From a virus (taxonomy: Duplodnaviria > Caudoviricetes): a DNA stretch of 55,960 nucleotides. A model generated the notes under the pieces. It saw only the letters and a program-made list of their open reading frames with translations, made no database searches and had not been told where the DNA came from. Below, one piece after another: positions 54,529 through 55,960 of this stretch (the stretch's first letter is position 1; every line of letters starts with the position of its first letter). The stretch spans positions 1 through 55,960 of the IMG/VR virus record IMGVR_UViG_3300029893_000010; one strand, 5' to 3'. A program made the translations under genes and the position numbers.

Positions 54529-54660
54529 GGATGGCTGTATGCAGGTCAGCACGTGGAGGTTTCGGGCTGTCTCGGAAACTGGTGCGAAGTGGTGGTAGAA
54601 GAGCAGGAATATTACATTTATGCTCCCTGCGTCGGGCAGGGAAAAGGAGTCTGCAAATGA
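54304..54660 (+). CDS. SH3b-domain putative lipoprotein
   Basis: Signal-like N-terminus with VMAC; VNIRSCPST...VVGWL..G..VEV...NWC. Confidence 0.65.
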   Translation: MKRTNRSVVSVVMTVVGVIVMACSIMGTVVGDGALEKEHEKTPTTVDSPVKKTDNTVVLGDVNIRSCPSTACGVVGWLYAGQHVEVSGCLGNWCEVVVEEQEYYIYAPCVGQGKGVCK

Positions 54661-54815
54661 AATTGTTTGTGCAATATTCGTCATGGATTTCGATTGTGGC
54701 GATCCTGTGGCTTCGGATGACAGGAGTGCTTCCGAATGACTTGTTCATCTGGTTCGCGTTCTTGTTCTTCTGCCTGATCGGGCTTGCCGCATGGGGAACG
54801 GGATACAGACGATGA
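54657..54815 (+). CDS. Small membrane protein
   Basis: AAGGAG RBS; ATGA coupling. Confidence 0.5.
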   Translation: MKLFVQYSSWISIVAILWLRMTGVLPNDLFIWFAFLFFCLIGLAAWGTGYRR

Positions 54816-55390
54816 CCCCCATTGTCGATCTACATCGCGTTCGTGTCCAGCAGGTCATCAAGGCCGAGGGCAAGGCGAATAAAGAGACATGGAAATCATG
54901 TCTCTTTTGCTGGCAGGTGGCGGGCAATTATACAAAGGACGCCGTCAAGGGGTTGGCTTCCGATATTGGAAAATCGGACGACACGGTCTATGACCGCGCC
55001 CATGCCTACGAGATGTTTCACGACATCTGCAAGTTTGATGACGGTCAGTACAGGCAGTTCGCATTCATGGCGCGCAGGGCGCCGTACATCACCTGGTCAC
55101 ACTTCCGTGCCCTGTGGGACATCCGCAAATCGACCAATGCGCACATGGCGCAGATCATTTCCCTGCTCATGGACATTGTGCAGGGAGAGGGAGAACTATC
55201 ATCTCGCAATCTGGCAGATCATGCCCGCAGCCGCTACGGGCTGGACAGAACTTGGGAATACTACATATCCAGGTCAATGTCTCCGCTCGAGCGTGCGATG
55301 TCCGACCCGAACATTCCGATTGAGATCCAGCGGGACGCAAAGGAGTTCCGCGAAAAGATCATCGCACGGATGAGTGAAAGGCACAAATAG
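54812..55390 (+). CDS. Hypothetical DNA-binding-like protein
   Basis: LASDIGKSDDTVY..A HTH-like segment and ITWSHF motif. Confidence 0.6.
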   Translation: MTPIVDLHRVRVQQVIKAEGKANKETWKSCLFCWQVAGNYTKDAVKGLASDIGKSDDTVYDRAHAYEMFHDICKFDDGQYRQFAFMARRAPYITWSHFRALWDIRKSTNAHMAQIISLLMDIVQGEGELSSRNLADHARSRYGLDRTWEYYISRSMSPLERAMSDPNIPIEIQRDAKEFREKIIARMSERHK

Positions 55391-55391
55391 G

Positions 55392-55416
55392 AAGCACCCG
55401 AAAGGGTGCTTTTTTT
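55392..55416 (+). terminator. Intrinsic terminator between convergent modules
   Basis: AAGCACCC-GAAA-GGGTGCTT followed by a T run. Confidence 0.85.
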
Positions 55417-55421
55417 GTTTC

Positions 55422-55960
55422 CTACAACTTGTTGACGAACGGAGACATCGTCAGATTGGAGTCCAGCCAGAGATGGGATCTTGAGAAAATGATCCTTGCA
55501 GTCGTGGAACTAAAAGGCACACAAAACACACGCCCGTCGGGCAACAATACTCCTCCAGCGAACGAAGCGCTCGCCGGGTAGGTTCCAGTCGGGGTGGAAA
55601 GGGTATTGGTTTCTGGGTCGTAGATGCGGGCGCTTGCAGAACTAAAAGGCACACAAAAGACGCGCCCGTCTGGAAGAAGAACTCCTCCTAAAAAGGCATT
55701 ACTTCCCGGGTAGGTTCCGGTCGGGGTGGAAAGGGTGTCGGTTGTCGGATCGTAAATGCGGGCGGTCGTTGAGTTATGCGGCACACAAAACACACGCCCA
55801 TCGGGCAACAATACCCCACCGGCGAACGAAGTGCTCGCCGGGTAGGTTCCAGTCGGGGTGGAAAGGGTATTGGTTTCTGGGTCGTAGATGCGGGCGCTTG
55901 CAGAACTAAAAGGCACACAAAAGACGCGCCCGTCTGGAAGAAGAACTCCTCCTAAAAAGG
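55422..55960 (-). CDS. 3' part of the propeller-repeat receptor-binding protein (continues from 1-622)
   Basis: Same 44-aa repeat with 132-bp period (T at 55579, 55711, 55843); open to the contig end. Confidence 0.75.
   Translation of the reverse strand, partial: FLGGVLLPDGRVFCVPFSSASARIYDPETNTLSTPTGTYPASTSFAGGVLLPDGRVFCVPHNSTTARIYDPTTDTLSTPTGTYPGSNAFLGGVLLPDGRVFCVPFSSASARIYDPETNTLSTPTGTYPASASFAGGVLLPDGRVFCVPFSSTTARIIFSRSHLWLDSNLTMSPFVNKL

Noticed and set aside
55422-55960. Diversity-generating retroelement (TR/VR pair) at the tail repeats
   Set aside because: No reverse transcriptase ORF is visible, all copies are in-frame coding units, and the differences are not restricted to adenines.

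Overview
A probably near-complete ~56 kb siphovirus-like phage genome. It looks circular and broken inside a tandem-repeat tail gene, because both contig ends carry the same 132-bp repeat in the same gene. A Chloroflexota-like host is only an inference. The minus strand carries packaging, head and tail genes: TerS, intein-containing TerL, portal, scaffold/protease, capsid, tail tube, chaperones, tape measure, Dit, Tal-like and a propeller-repeat receptor-binding protein. It also carries a sugar-modification module (gmhA, hddA-like kinase, two SDR epimerase/dehydratases, glycosyltransferases). The plus strand carries early genes, a replication module (initiator with iterons, DnaB-like helicase, primase), DNA methyltransferases and a XerC/D-like tyrosine recombinase. 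The main finding is a phage-borne integron-like cassette system: 10 recognisable attC sites in three loci (7-cassette array 27344-30048 on -, array 43620-45086 on +, relic 13060-13729 on +). Two arrays start with a shared attI-like site (TGTACATTCTG-NN-TAAA-N5-G|TT). In intact cassettes the inverse core is complementary over 9-11 bp to the core at that cassette's own 5' end, the signature of circular excision and integration. The cassette ORFs are translated through their attC sites, and no IntI-type integrase is present. Other finds include dif-like sites flanking one gene, a type III hammerhead ribozyme, a LexA-type SOS box, a 12-copy TGTTGTC array and a free-standing GIY-YIG endonuclease insertion. 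All product calls come from motif recognition by eye; no database search was run.
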